Assembly: GCF_004010195.1 (NCBI RefSeq)
Contig: NC_057757.1
Span: 3,106,967-3,170,966 of the forward strand
DNA length: 64,000 nucleotides
Source: Chiloscyllium plagiosum
Taxonomy: Eukaryota
Direction: 5' to 3'
The notes beneath the pieces were generated by a model. That model had not been told where the DNA came from and ran no database searches. It saw only the letters and a program-made list of their open reading frames with translations. Position 1 is the first letter of the stretch. Each line of letters begins with the position of its first letter. This document shows, piece after piece, positions 39,993 to 53,680 of the stretch. The translations under genes and the position numbers were made by a program.

Positions 39993-41840
39993 GAGGTCAT
40001 GGTCAAGGGGGTGATAGGAGGAGGTGTCTTTGACTTGGCGCCTGGCTCGACCATGACCTCACTCCCCTCCACCCCCCCCATCAGCAAACCATCATCTCCC
40101 AGACCATACAGAACCTCATCACCTCAGGAGATCTCCCACCCACAGCTTCCAACCTCATAGTCCGGGAACCCCGCACCACCCGCTTCCACCTCCTTCCCAA
40201 GACCCACAAGCCTGACCACCCTGGCCAACCCATTGTCTCAGCATGCTCCTGCCCCACTGAACCCATCTCCACCTACCTCGATATTGTCCTATCCCCCCTA
40301 GTCCAGGAACTCCCCACAGATATTCAGGACACCACCCACGCCCAAGACTTCCGTTTCCCCGGCCCCCAACACCTCATCTTCACCATGGATATCCAATCCC
40401 TCTACACCTCCATCCGCCATGACCAGGGCCTCCAAGCCCTCCGTTGTTTCCTCTCCAGATGTCCCCAACAGTACCCTTCCACCAACACTCTCGTTCATTT
40501 GGCCGAACTGGTCCTCACCCTTAACAATTTCTCCTTCGAATCCTCCCACTTCCTCCAGACCAAAGGGGTAGCCATGGGCACCCGTATGGGCCCTAGCTAT
40601 GCCTGTCTCTTTGTTGGCTACGTAGAACAGTCCATCTTCCGTAGTTACACCGGCACCACTCCTCACCTCTTCCCCCGTTACATTGATGACTGCATTGGCG
40701 CCACCTCGTGCTCCCGCGAGGAGGTTGAGCAATTCATCAACTTCACCAACACATTCCACCCTGACCTTAAATTTACCTGGACCATCTCTGACACCTCCCT
40801 CCGCTTCCTGGACCTCTCCATCTCCATCAATGATGACCGACTCGACACTGACATTTTTTACAAACCCACCGACTCCCACAGCTACCTGGATTACACCTCT
40901 TCCCACCCTATCTCCTGCAAAAATACCATCCCGCATTCCCAATTCCTCCGCCTCCGCCGTATCTGCTCCCAGGAGGACCAGTTCCATCACAGAACATACC
41001 AGATGGCTCTTTCTTTAGAGACCGCAATTTCCCTTCCCACGTGGTTGAAGATGCCCTCCAACGTGTCTCGTCCACATCTCGTCCCTCCGCCCTCAAACCC
41101 CACCCCTCCAACAAGGACAGAACGCTCCTGGTGCTCACCTTACACCCTACCAACCTTTGCATAAACCGCATCATCCGCTGACATTTATCGCCATCTCCAA
41201 ACAGACCCCACCACCAGGGATATATTTCCCTCCCCACCCCTTTCCACCTTCCGCAAAGACCGTTCCCTCTGTCACAACCTGGCCAGGACCCTCCAACAAC
41301 CCACCCTCCCATCCTGGCACCTTCCCCTGCCACCGCAGGAATTGTAAAACCTGTGCCCACATCTCCTCCCTCACCTCCATCCAAGGCCCTAAAGGAGCCT
41401 TCCACATCCATCAAAGTTTTACCTGCACATCCACCAATATCATTTACTGTATCTGTTGCTCCCGATGCGGTCTCCTCTACTCTGGGGAGACTGGACGCCT
41501 CCTAGCAGAGCGCTTTAGGGAACACCTCTGGGACACCCGCACCAATCAACCACACCGCCCTATGGCCCAACATTTCAACTCCCCCTCCCACTCTGCTGAG
41601 GACATGCAGGTCCAGGGCCTCCTCCACCGCCACTCCCTCACCTGACGCCTGGAGGAAGAATGCCTCATCTTCCGCCTCGGAACACTTCAACCCCAGGGCA
41701 TCAATGTGGACTTCACCAGTTTCCTCATTTCCCCTTCCCTCAGCCTCACCCCAGTTCCAACCTTCCAGCTCAGCACCACCCTCATGACCTGTCCCACCTG
41801 CCAATCTTCCTTCCCACCTATCAGCTCCACCCTCCTCTCT
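39993..41840 (+). mobile_element. Neptune-type Penelope-like retroelement (RT, Cys-rich linker, GIY-YIG endonuclease); 5'-truncated and frameshifted; intronic and antisense to the protease
   Basis: MDIQSLYTSI...NNFSF...QTKGVAMGTRMGPSYA...RYIDD...FLDL...YKPTD...SSHP; PCHRRNCKTC; NIIYCICC..C..LYSGETGR.LAERFREH. Confidence 0.92.
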
Positions 41841-42221
41841 GACCAACACAGACAGTCGCCCAAGGCTGGAATTGAACTTAGGACCCTGGCGCTGGGAGGC
41901 ATCAGTGCCAACAAAATAGTTTCTCTTTATCTACCCTGAAGCTAATGCTTTCTCGGGGGGGAAATCCGCTGTCCTTACCCGGTCCGGGCCTCCCTGTGAC
42001 TCCAGACCCACAGCCAATGTGCTTGACCCTTAATCGCTCTCTGAGCTGAGTCTGTCAGTGGCAAAGGGCAATTAGAGATGGATATCAAACAACGGCCCTG
42101 CACACCAATGCCCACACCCTGGGCAAAGGAAAGAAGGACTGGCCTGTGTCTTATTGAGGGGCCGAATGATCTCTCCTGCTCATTCCATCAGCACCACTGC
42201 AACAAATAAGACAGGATTTAC

Positions 42222-42355
42222 CTGACAAGCATCTCGTCCACCTTCCTCGTAGCCAGCGCACAGCATGTTCCGCGTCAGATCTTTCACCCACTTCTGGCAG
42301 CTGTGCCAGTCAATGAGCTCCACTTCCACCTCTTGGAGAATCATTGGTCTCTTCT
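42222..42355 (-). CDS. PRSS55-like serine protease, penultimate exon
   Basis: Acceptor ctccctttag|AG. Encodes KRPMILQEVEVELIDWHSCQKWVKDLTRNMLCAGYEEGGRDACQ. Donor CAG|gtaaat, 134 nt. Confidence 0.93.
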
Positions 42356-43312
42356 CTAAAGGGAGGTGATAGACACAGGATTCAGCATGGCCTTTCCTAC
42401 CCACGCTGACCAAACCCGTAGAGTAGGCGTTCCACCGGGACCGGGGAAGGGGGGAGCTGGTGCGCCATGGTGGTGCTAGCCAGCGTCAGGGAGGGGACAT
42501 AGCCGGGAGAGAACTGAAGAGGGGATGGATGATGTTGGAGCTACGGGAGGGGGAAGTGATAATGAGGAGACAACAGACAGGGACCAAGGAGAAAGGAGAG
42601 GGAATACAGTCAGTAAGTACAACAAAGAGAAGGGTGAGGGTTACAGCGACTCTCTTTATAACAGATACCCAGAGGTTCATGGTTACAGACAAGAATCTAA
42701 TTGAGGAGTTCAGTGTAGTTCATATATAAAATAACAGATTTGTGAGAGTGAGTTACAGTCTGAGATATGTGTGTGTGCGAGTGTGTGTGTGACTGTGTGT
42801 GTGTGAGATGAAGGAGTGAAGAGTATTGTAGGGTAAGCTGTAGCACAGGGTGGGGTAGCAGGTTGAGGTGTTCCATGGAGTGGGGTGGACGGCGGGTGTA
42901 TATGGGTGGGGAAGTGTTTTACAGTGGACCTCCCGTGGGCCCAATCTCTCCACCTGGTACTGAGTGACTGTGTATGAGGGTCCCCCTACTTTTGGAGACC
43001 GTCCATTGTGCTAACTCCCCCTGAGCCACCTAGGCTGGCACACAGAAAGCCCTCTGCCCCACCTCTCACTGGGACTTCATACCCGCGGTGATGGGATGAA
43101 GTCTTTAAACATTCATCCATCGGTTCCTGGTGGGTGCTGATATATCATGAGGGTGCTGCCCCCTCCTCCCTGGCCAACATCCTGTCCGTTAAAATTCTCG
43201 CCCTGTCACCAAAATCTCACGGCGAAGGAAGTGGGGGAGGGGCGGGGCAGAGATCCCACTCCAGTGTAACCTACCCAAGGCCCGTTTATACCTCAGGGTC
43301 CCCGCGCCTCAC

Positions 43313-43569
43313 CGTGTTGGGTTATACCCCATCCAATGACAAAACAGGGTTTCCACTCCTCGATGTCGAACTGGTCGCTGAGGGGAAGCAGAACAGGCAA
43401 CTGGTCTTCACTGAAGGCGATGGGGGTCTGCAGCTCCACCATGGCGATGTCATTGTCCAGGCTCGAGTGATCGTAGTCCTGGTGAATGATGACTCCAGCC
43501 ACCCTGAACGCCTGCGCCTTGTGGTGCCCCAGTTCAATGGAGCCTGTCTCCACCGAGAGCTGCTCTGCC
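43313..43569 (-). CDS. PRSS55-like serine protease, Asp102 exon
   Basis: Acceptor tttctgtgcag|G. Encodes AEQLSVETGSIEL...IIHQDY...LDNDIAMVEL...PCFVIGWGITQH. Donor G|gtgagg, 257 nt, phases 2/1 fit the neighbours. Confidence 0.92.
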
Positions 43570-44134
43570 CTGCACAGAAACCGATCTGTCAGTACCAACC
43601 CTTTGGTCTTCCCACCACCTCCACTCTTCCACTCTCCCTCCCCTAGGGCTCCGACATCCCTTTCCAATTGCTCAAACTCCATTTGGAAGCCTTGACCTAC
43701 AGGCCTAAATTTAAACAGGCCCTGGCCTACCAGAGATGGTTGTTTACGATGGCTGCTACGATGGGTGGTGGGAGGAGAGGGCAGCCAGGGGCGAGTTTGC
43801 TGTTGCGGGATTGGAAATCCTCTCAGCCCCATCCCAACACCAGCTTCGGAAAGGGCCATGTCAGGATGACCAGCTCCCTCCCAAGAGAGACCTTGAGGAG
43901 GTCAGTAGGCCGAGCACAGGTGAGAGGGGGTTACCTCAGAAAGGTGTTTGCCAAAAGCGTGTGGTGTTGAAGGGCTTATGCTTGAAGTGTCGATTCTCCA
44001 GCTCCTCAGATGGTGTCTGGCCTGCTGTGCTTTTCCAACACCACACTCTCGACTCTGATCCCCAGCATCTGCAGTCTGCACTTTCTCCTCAGAAAGGCAT
44101 TTGTCAGACCAAATGGAAAATTGGTTGGGTTAGT

Positions 44135-44817
44135 GTACAGGGGAGTGAGAGACACCAATCAGTGTACAGATATCTCCCTGAGAGAGAGGGGACTGTGAGA
44201 CACCAGTCAGTGTACAGATATCTCCCTTAGAGAGAGAGAGAGAGAGAGAGTGAGATACCAGTCAGTGTACAGATATCTCCCTGAGACAGAGAGAGGGGAC
44301 TGTGAGACACCAGTCAGTGTACAGATATCTCCCTGAGAGAGAGGGGACTGTGAGACACCAGTCAGTGTACAGATATCTCCCTGAGAGAAAGGGACCTAAG
44401 GGACACCAGTCAGTGTACAGATATCACCCTGAGAGCGCGGGGACAGAGAGATACCGTCAGTATACAGATATCTCCCTGAGAGAGCGGGGACAGAGAGATA
44501 CCAGTCAGTGTACAGATATCTCCCTGAGAGAGAGGGACTGAGAGACACCAGTCAGTGTACAGATATCTCCCTGAGAGCGCGGGGACAGAGAGATACCCGT
44601 CAGTGTACAGATATCACCCTGAGAGCGCGGGCACAGAGAGATACCCGTCAGTATACAGATATCTCCCTGAGAGAGTGGGGACAGAGAGATACCAGTCAGT
44701 GTACAGATATCACCCTGAGAGAGCGGGGACAGAGAGATACCAGTCAGTGTACAGATATCTCCCTGAGAGAGCGGGGACAGAGAGATACCAGTCAGTGTAC
44801 AGATATCTCCCTGAGAA
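44135..44817. repeat. ~46-49-bp minisatellite in a protease intron
   Basis: gagagagcggggacagagagataccagtcagtgtacagatatctccct units. Confidence 0.93.
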
Positions 44818-44863
44818 CTGTTTCACTCGTTTTGGACTGCACTCTTGCGCTGCGCCGTATTCA

Positions 44864-45076
<213 letters not shown>

Positions 45077-45319
45077 TCAACTACAATCCTCTTGCTCAGT
45101 ACTTTTAACACGTCGCTAATGTGGGCGAGGCGGGTGGAACCTAATACCAGGCCTCAGTGGCTCGTTCCGAAGGGGAGATTTCCGAAGATTGGCTCAAAGA
45201 GCGGGAGGGTGGATGGAGGCGAGTTTGAAAGGTGGAGAGGTCCAGGGAGGGAAGTCCAGACCCAATGGAACACAAATGGGAAGCAACTAAAATTGGGAAT
45301 TGAGTTTTTTCATTTCATG

Positions 45320-45705
45320 GTCGTGTCCTGGGGAGTTTTGCTGAACAATGAGACCTTGGAGTGCAAGTTCATAGTTCCTGGAAATGGAGTTGCAGGTAGA
45401 TAGGATAGTAAAGAAGGCATTTGGTATGCTTGCCTTTATTAGTCAGAGCATTGAGTATAGGCGTTGGGAAGTCATGTTGCGACTGTCCAGGACATTGGTT
45501 AGGCCAATTTTGGAATACTGTGTTCAATTCTGGCCTCCCTGTAACAGCAAAGATGTTGCTAAACTAGAAAGGATGCTGAAAACATCTTATCAAAACCGGA
45601 GGAGATGCAGGGACTTTTTCCTCAGACCGTCGGAGGCTGAGGGGTGGCCTTATACAGGTTTATAACATCACGAGGGGCATGGTAAATAGACAAGGTCTTT
45701 TCCCC
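45320..45705 (+). mobile_element. CR1/HER1 fragment
   Basis: QVDRIVKKAFGMLAFISQSIEYRRWEVML. Confidence 0.85.
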
Positions 45706-45839
45706 ATGATGCCTGCATCGAATGAATAAAATGTCAGGTAAATTTGGGAACTGTGTTTACTTATTTGGAAATCTTTTGTGAAAGTTCCCTGGAACATCAG
45801 GGTAACAAGGACCTCTACGTCAGACTCTGAGTTACTGAC

Positions 45840-46882
45840 TGGAGCTTCAACACCATAGTTCCAACCAAACTCACCTTCAACCTCCGAGACACAGGACTCT
45901 GCAGCTGGATCCTCGACTTCCTGACAGGCAAGCTACAATCGGTCAGGGTAGGTGACAACACCTCCTCTACGATAATCCTCAACACAGCAAGGCTGCGTAC
46001 TCAGGCCCTTACTGTACTCCTTATACCCTCACGACGGTGTGGCCACATTAAGCTCAAACTCCATTTACACATTTGCTGATGACACCGCTGTACTGGGTCA
46101 TAACTCAAACATCAACGAGACATTGTACAGGAAGGAGACAGAGAGCTTCGCAGCTCAGTGATAAAACAACAACCTCTCCCTCAATGTCAGCAAAATCAAG
46201 GAGCTGGGGTATCAACTTCAGGAAGTGGAGTGGAGGACATGCCTGGGATGGAGGCGATCAAGAGCGACAAGTTCCTGGGAGGAGATATCACCAGTAATCC
46301 GTCCTGGTGCACCCACATTGACGTTACAGTCAAGAAAGCACACCAACGCCTCTCCTTTCTCAGGAGGCTAAGGAAATTCAGCACGTCCACAATGACACTT
46401 CCCAATGTTTATAGGTGCACCATGGAAAGCACTCTATCTGGATGCATCACACTTCAGTACGGCAACTGCTCTGCCCAGGACTGCAAGAAACTACAGAGAG
46501 CTGTGAACACAGCCCAGTCCATCACCCAAACCAACCAACATTGATACTGTCTACACTTCCTGTAATCAAAGACCCTTCCCGCCCTGGTTACACTCTCTTC
46601 ACCCTCTTCCATTGAGCAGATGGTACAAAAGTTTGAAAACATGTACCAACTGATTGAAGAACAGCTTTTTCCCCTCTGTTACCGGACTTCTGAGCAGACC
46701 TCTCATATGTTAGAGCTGATTTCTCTCTGCACCTTCTCTGTAGCTGCAACTCTACATTCTGCATTTCTGTTCTGTTACCCTGATGTACTTGCGTAAGGTA
46801 TGATTTGCCTGTAGAGCACACAAAACAATTCTTTTCACTGTATCTCGGTACATGTGACAATAGTAAATCAAATCAAATCAAA
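45840..46882 (+). mobile_element. Rex1/Babar-type LINE 3' part with (caaat)n tail
   Basis: FADD; KFLG..I....SW..H.D...KKAHQRLSFLRRLRKF...YRCTMES.LSGCIT..YGNCS; the same tail occurs at ~10960-11058. Confidence 0.75.
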
Positions 46883-47617
46883 AGATTGTGGAAGTGGTGG
46901 GTTTTGATTTCCAGGGTACTACCCCAGTGAGGTATAACAGCATGTAGGGGTAAGGAGCTCACTGGATTTGGTTGGAGCAGCCAATGGGAGTTTTTAAGAC
47001 CACCTAGACCACCCAGTGCTCCTACTCATAGGTCTGCCTTTCTCATCCCATCCTTTAGTCTCCCCAATGCATTGTGACCTCGACTGACACTCCCAGTGCC
47101 AGCACTGAGGTGGTGTTGCAGTATCGGAGGTGCCATATTTTGTGTGTGGCAGAGAACAGAGACTTGATCTAACCCCATAGGTTAAATGTACAAGATTGTC
47201 TCAAACTATTTAACGGAATGGCAGGGGAGCTCTCTATCCCACCTCCTGATGGTCCCAGGGCCAACATTTAACCATCACTAAAACAAGAGATCCTGACAGT
47301 TGCCATGGTATGCTGCGAAGGGAACATTTTCCAAACTAATGTCAACCAACACTGTCTTAGATATGATGTGCCAGTCCCATGACTTGCAGCTAATCTGCAA
47401 ATTAGTTGCTGAGGTCCCTGTGCTTCCCAGTCCCCTAGTGAGCATTATTTGGGAGACAGGCAATATAGATCCCATGGTATTCTTTGCTCCTGATCCCTGT
47501 GTGTGATTGGTACATGGATGCGAAAAGAAAGGGAGAGTGCGACGTTGTCACATCACTGCTTGTGGGATCCTCCTGTGCACCAACCAATAACGGCATAGCA
47601 AAAAAAATACTTGATGG

Positions 47618-48370
47618 CGTTACCACACCACGGCGAATCCTTCTTTTAATTCAACCAAACAGCCAGAAAGGCTCACCTCGCCTCGTAATCTGTTAAAATA
47701 TAAGTGACAGAGAACTCCCAAATTCCTCTATTTAAAGAAAATAACATCAATTTATACTTTAACTCTAAAAGTGAACATTAAACAACAACTATTCATAACT
47801 CTAAGCCTCCTTTCTCTTAACTGTTTATTATCTGCCTCCAACTCTATAGCAATATGCTGTTCCATTAAGACACTTACTAAAATTACATCAAATTAATTTC
47901 AAAACCACACAGCCATTGTAGTCTTCGGTGTCTGTCTTCTTCCAGCTGAAGATCTCCCTGGGTCGTCTTCTTTCTTTTTATTGTCAATATGCTTCATATG
48001 AAAAGGTACCTTTGATAGAGAGTGTTTCCTAATTTCTTGGATCTGTGTCGATGGCAGTTGCTCTGCCTCCAATTTTCAAAATGCCTGCCTTTTTTAGAAC
48101 TCCAATATTGGATTGTCTCATTGGTTAAATGTTGGCAAAACAATCAATTCAAACTCGATTGGGTTTTAGTACCCTGGGGCATAATTTAAACTGATTGGTT
48201 AAATTGGAATTGTTGTCAAAACAGCAACCAACTCAGGCATCCACTCCACAGCCAAATGTTATGTATTTTCCATTTTCCAGTACACTCTGGGACTGCCATC
48301 GAGTCATATCACACAGCTCTCAGTTCAGAACAGCATTCACTCTCTCTTACAAGCCTTCAACTTCATAACA
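47618..48370 (-). mobile_element. Solo LTR, family 1
   Basis: Reverse-complement homolog of 62021-63452 (tgttatgaagttgaagg...gtaaca); flanks atgg/attg suggest a 4-bp TSD. Confidence 0.75.
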
Positions 48371-48864
48371 ATTGGCCCTGAAGTGCTTTGGGATGCTCTG
48401 AGGTTGTGAGAGGCCGCTACACAAATGCAAAGTTTCTCTTAATATTGTAGAGTTGTTATGGTACTGAAGAAGGCCTTTCAGCCCATTGTGCCTGTCCTGG
48501 CTCTGTTACCCAGTGCCCATCTCACCCCATCTCCCTGCAGGCCATTTCTATCCAATTAACCATCTGATGCCCCTCTTGGAAGTCTCAATGGAACCTGCCT
48601 CCACCACATTTCCAGGCAGTGCACTCCTGACCCTAAGTAATCACTGGGTGAAACACTGTGTTCCTCACATTGGTTTGCTAAATTCACACATCACTTTAAT
48701 TCTTAAGTTTTTATTGCAAATTCAGTTATTGGATGTGTGTGTTGCTGGCTGGGCCATCCCTAGTTGCACCTTCAGAAGGTGGGGGTGAGCTATCTTTTTG
48801 AACAGCTGCAGTCCCATGCGGTGTAGGGATACCCACACAGCGCCCATTAGGGAGGGAGTTCCAG

Positions 48865-49298
48865 GATTCTGGATCAGAATGGTGCTGGAAAAGCACAGCA
48901 GGTCAGACAGCATCCGAGGAGTAGGAACATTGATGTTTCGGGCAAACACCCTTCAGGACTGAAGGCAGGGATCCTGGATAGGTGGAAAAGGAGCTGGGCA
49001 GGTCGGGCAAGTCCGGACAGGTCAGGGGATCGAGTTTCTGGAGGTTAGAAGCTGGGGTGAGGTGGGGCAAAAGGAAATGAGGAAACTGTTGAAATCCACA
49101 TTGATGCCCTGGGGTTGAAGTGTTCCGAGGCGGAAGATGAGGCGTTCTTCCTCCAGGTGTCGGGTGGTGAGGGACCGGCGGTGGAGGAGGCCCAGGACCA
49201 GCATGTCCTCGGCAGAGTGGGAGGGGGAGTTGAAATGTTGGGCCATGGGGTGGTGGGGTTGATGGGTGCGGGTGTCCCGGAGATGTTCCCTAAAGCAC
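48865..49298 (-). mobile_element. PLE 3' end: GIY-YIG C-terminus, 3' UTR and degenerate hammerhead terminus
   Basis: FREHLRDTRT..PHHPMAQHFNSPSHS...EERLIFRLGTLQPQGINVDF, followed on the same strand by cctgaagggtgtttgcccgaaacatc. Confidence 0.88.
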
Positions 49299-50884
49299 TT
49301 CTGACCCAGCGACACTGAAGGCACGGCCGATTTATTTCCAAGTCAGGATGATGAGTGGCTGGGAGGGGAACTTACAGGGGGTGGGGTTCCCATGTCTCTG
49401 CTGCTCTTGTCCTTCTAGATGGTTGAGGTCGCAAGTTTGGAAGGTGCTGTCTGAGGATCTCTGGTGAGTTTCTGCAGTGCGTCTTGTAGATGGTACACAC
49501 TGCTGCTACTGAGCGTGGGTGGTGGAGCGAGTGGACGTTTGTAGATATGATGCCAATCAAGCAGGGGGTTGCTTTGTCCCTGGATAGTGTCGAGCTTCTC
49601 GAGTGTTGTTGGAGCTGCCCCCATCCAGGGGCAACTGGGGAGTATTCACTCGCACTCCTGACTTGTGCCTTGATGATGGAGGACAGGCTTTGGGGAGTCA
49701 GGAGGGGAGTTACTCACTCCAGGATTCCCAGCCTCTGACCTGCTCTTGTTGCCACTGTGTTTATGTAGGTGGTCCACTTCAGTTTCCGATCAATGGTAAA
49801 CCCTAGGGATGTTGCTCGTTGGGGGGACGATCATTCTTAGTTTGATATTTAAATTCAGTACTGGAGGTTGGTGAATAATCCCCACCGTGTGTCCAGGACA
49901 AGCGGCTGGAATTTCCGGTGTGACTGTTCATATTTTGGGAAACTGCGGAATATCAGAAATGCATCTGTGCCCATTCAGTGAGTGAGATGTATTCGGTGAC
50001 AGTCTGCTTCCACCTGCTGGTAAAAACGAGAACTGTGGCTGGATTCCACTGCCTACACTGACATCGCTGCCTCTTCGTAAAACTGACCAAAAATTTCCTT
50101 CCCTCCCCTATGCCTTTGTTTTTCACGGGATGTGGGCATCACTGGGCAAGACTGGCACTTCATGCCCAGTCCCTAATGGCTTTAAGCTTAATTGGTCATT
50201 TCAGTGGGCGGACAAGAGCCAACCACATTGGCGGTGGGTCTGGAGTCATGTGTAGGTCAGACTGGGTAAGGGAGGGCAGAGTTCCGTCCCTAAAGGACAT
50301 TTGTGTGTTTTTTTAAAGGAATATTTTCTAACCAACCAGGTCAGAGATGTTATGACTCAGCTCTGGAGCAGGTAGGTTAGATCCTCCTGACTCAGAGATA
50401 CGGGCACTACCACAGCAGCGCTCCAGGTATGATGCCATTTAATGCCTATCCACAATTAAGATTAATTCCAGGTACTTTCACTGAATGTAAATTGCACCAA
50501 CTGGGAAGGGGTTGACTGTAAAATCTTAGTCTGCCACTACTTCCCCCAGATGAATTTGTCCCCCTCTTCCTGCTCTTCCCCACAGCCTTGTGGGCTCCCT
50601 CCCCTCAGATCATTGATCCAAGTATTTGCCGAAGGCTTGGATTACATCTGCCTCCACCCTACATGTGACTCCTGACCTATTGCAATGCTGCTGGCTCCTA
50701 ACTACCCCTCTGAAATGGCTACCATGTGTTCAAGGGAGGGGCAGTTAGGGATGGGCAATAAATGTTGGCCTTTCCTGAAATGTCTGAAGTCCCCTATAGG
50801 CCAGAGGTCCCTCCCTGAAGGCCATCAGTAAGTCTGATCTACCTTAACGTCTCCTTGGTCACACTGACATCATTTTAAACATCT

Positions 50885-52445
50885 ATCATACAGCACAGAA
50901 ACAGGCCCTTCAGTCCAACTTAGCCATGCCGACTAGATATCATTAATCTAGCCCCATTTGCCAGCTTTTGGCCCAATCCCTCTAAACCTTTCCTATTTAT
51001 ATACCCATCCAGATGGCTGTTAAATGCTGTAAATGTACCAGCCTCCATCACATCCTCTGGCAGTTCATTCCATACACACACCACCCTCTCTGTGAAAAGT
51101 TGCCCCTCACGTCCCTTTTATATCTTTCCCCCTCACCTTAAACCTATGCCGTCTAGTATTGGACTCCCCTACCTGGGGAAAAGACCTTGACTATTCACTC
51201 AGTCCATGCCCCTTATGATTTTATAAACCTCTTTAAGGTCACCCCCTCAGCCTCCTGTTCTCCAGGGAATAAAAGCCCCAGCCTATCTAACCTGTCTTTA
51301 TAAGTCATAGAGTCATACAGATATACAGCGCAGAAACAGACCGAATTCGTCCATGCTGATCAGATATCTAAACCTAATCTGGTCCCATTTGCCAACACTT
51401 GGCCCATATCCCCTAAACCCTTCCTATTCTATACCCAACCAGATGCCTTTTAAATGTTGTCATTGTACCAGCCTCCACCACTTCCTCTGGCAGCTCATTC
51501 CGTACACGCACCACCCTCTGCGTGAAAGAGTTGCCCCTTAGGTCCCATTTACACTTTGTCCCTCTCACCCTACACCTATGGCGTGTAGTTTTGGACTCCC
51601 CCACCCCAGGGAAAAAACCTTGTCTATTTACCCTATCCATGCCCCTCATGATTCTATAAACCTTTATAGGGTCACCCCTCAACCTCCGACGCTCCAGGGA
51701 AAACAACCCCAGCCTGTTCAGCCTCTCTCTTTAACTCAACCCTGGCAACATCCTTGTAAATCTTTTCTGAACCCTTTCAAGTTTCACAACATTCTTCCAA
51801 TAGGAAGGAGACCAGAATTGCATACAATATTCCAAAAGTGGCCTAACCAATGTCCTGTACAGCTGCAACATGACCTCCCAACTCCTGTACTCAATGCACT
51901 GATCAATAAAGGTCAATCCCTCCATTCCCAGCAATTTCCTGAACCATCTCCAGCTTAATATTATCCTTCTTATAACAGGGTGACCAGAACTGAACACAGT
52001 GCTCCAGAACAGGCCTCACTAATGCCTTGTACAACCTCAATGTAACATCCCAACTCCTATGCTCAAGTCTGAGCAATAAAGGCAAGCGTGCTAAAGACCT
52101 TCTTAACCACCCTGTCTATATGTGATGCAAACTTCTAAGAATTATGTACCTGAACCCCTAGCTCTCTCTGTTGTACAGCACTATCCAGGGCCCAATGTTT
52201 GTGTAAGTTTTGCCCTTGTTTGTTTCAAAAGCAAAATGCGACACCTCGCATTTATGCAAATTAAACTCCATCTGCCCGTTGCCCCAATTGATCAAGATCC
52301 CTTTGTAATCTTAGATAACCTTCTATGCTGTCCACAATGCCACCAATCTTGGTGTCATCTGCAAACTTACTAACCATCCTCAACCAAATCATTTCTATAA
52401 ACGACTCACCAAAGTGGACCCAGCACTGATCCCTGTGGAACACCG
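50885..52445 (-). mobile_element. Three stacked CR1/HER1 fragments
   Basis: GVPQGSVLGP, SKFADDTKIGG, LVRP.LE.C.QFWSP motifs and 3' UTRs. Confidence 0.85.
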
Positions 52446-52957
52446 CTGGAGCAACCTGTCACCACAGTCTCTGTCTCCTGCTCATTTGAATCCAATTGGC
52501 AAGCTCTTTTCTTTTTCGGGTTAGCTCCACCAGGGAAGCGGGGGGGGGGGGGGGCTTTGAGGAGGGGGATGTGGGGGAAATTGGTGCTGGGGTTTGAACT
52601 CAATTGAACTTTCCGTTTGACAGATGGCACACCAATAGTTTCCTCAGGAACCGCTGATCCCTCTTAATAAGCGAAATAAAAGGCCGAGGGAGCCAAAAGT
52701 CAGAGTCATGAATAATAAAGAAAGGGCCTTCTGTTTTCTTTCAAGCTATCTGTAAGTAAAATGTCAATAATTAATGCTTAAATACCATCCAACAGTTTCC
52801 AAGCCTGGGCAGCTCTGTTCCCTCAAAGGCAATGTGTCCATAGTTACTGTGCTGACATTAATCATCGGCTTGCTGTAATTAAACCTAACCTCCTCATTAA
52901 AGGGCAAGGGGTCCACCAGAGGAATCATTGCCTCTGAATGGGAAGTCTGGGCTCTAA

Positions 52958-53680
52958 ATCATAGAATCCCAGTGTGGAAGCATGCCATTCAGCCCATTGA
53001 GTCCACAACAACTGTCTGCAGAGCATTCCACCCAGACACCAGCCCCCACCCATCCCATCCTGGTTCTGTAAACTCCCATGGCTAACCCACCCTCACCTGC
53101 ACATCCCTGGGCACTATGGGACAATTTAACACGCCCAATCCACCCTAACCTGCACATCCCTGGGCACTATGGGACAATTTAACACGCCCAATCCATCCTA
53201 ACCTGCACATCCCTGGACACTATGGGACAATTCAGCATGGCCAATCCACCCTAACCTGCACATTCCCAGGGCACTATGGGACAATTCAGCATGGCCAATC
53301 CACCCTAACTTGCACATCCCTGGACAATATGGGACAATTTAGCACAGTCAATCCATCCTAATCTGTAGCACAGTGGTTAGCACTGCTGTCTCACAGCACT
53401 AGAGATGCAGGTTCAATTCCCACCTCAGGCAACTGTCTGTGTGGAGTGTGCACGTTCTCCCCGTGTCTGCATGGGTTTCCTACAATTTAGCATGGCCAGT
53501 CCACCCTAACCTGCACATCCCTGGGCACTATGGGACAATTTAGCAGGGCCAGTCCAACCTAACCTGCACATCTTTGGACAGTGGGAGGATACCGGGGCAC
53601 CTGAATGAAACGCACGAAGACATGAGGAAGAACTTACAAACTCCATGCAGACAGTCACCCGAGGGTGGGACCAAACGTGG
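52958..53680 (-). mobile_element. V-SINE with 53-bp array and an oppositely oriented SINE head inside (53366-53480)
   Basis: Tandem units 53093-53365 and 53480-53572 are interrupted by gtagcacagtggttagcactgc...gtttcc. Confidence 0.8.

Noticed and set aside
40298..40990. 230-aa minus-strand ORF
   Set aside because: Antisense shadow of the PLE reverse transcriptase.
47435..47626. Minus-strand ORF (IFFAMPLLVGAQ...) as the protease signal-peptide exon
   Set aside because: Non-ATG start overlapping an LTR end, short hydrophobic core, and no phase-1 donor found.
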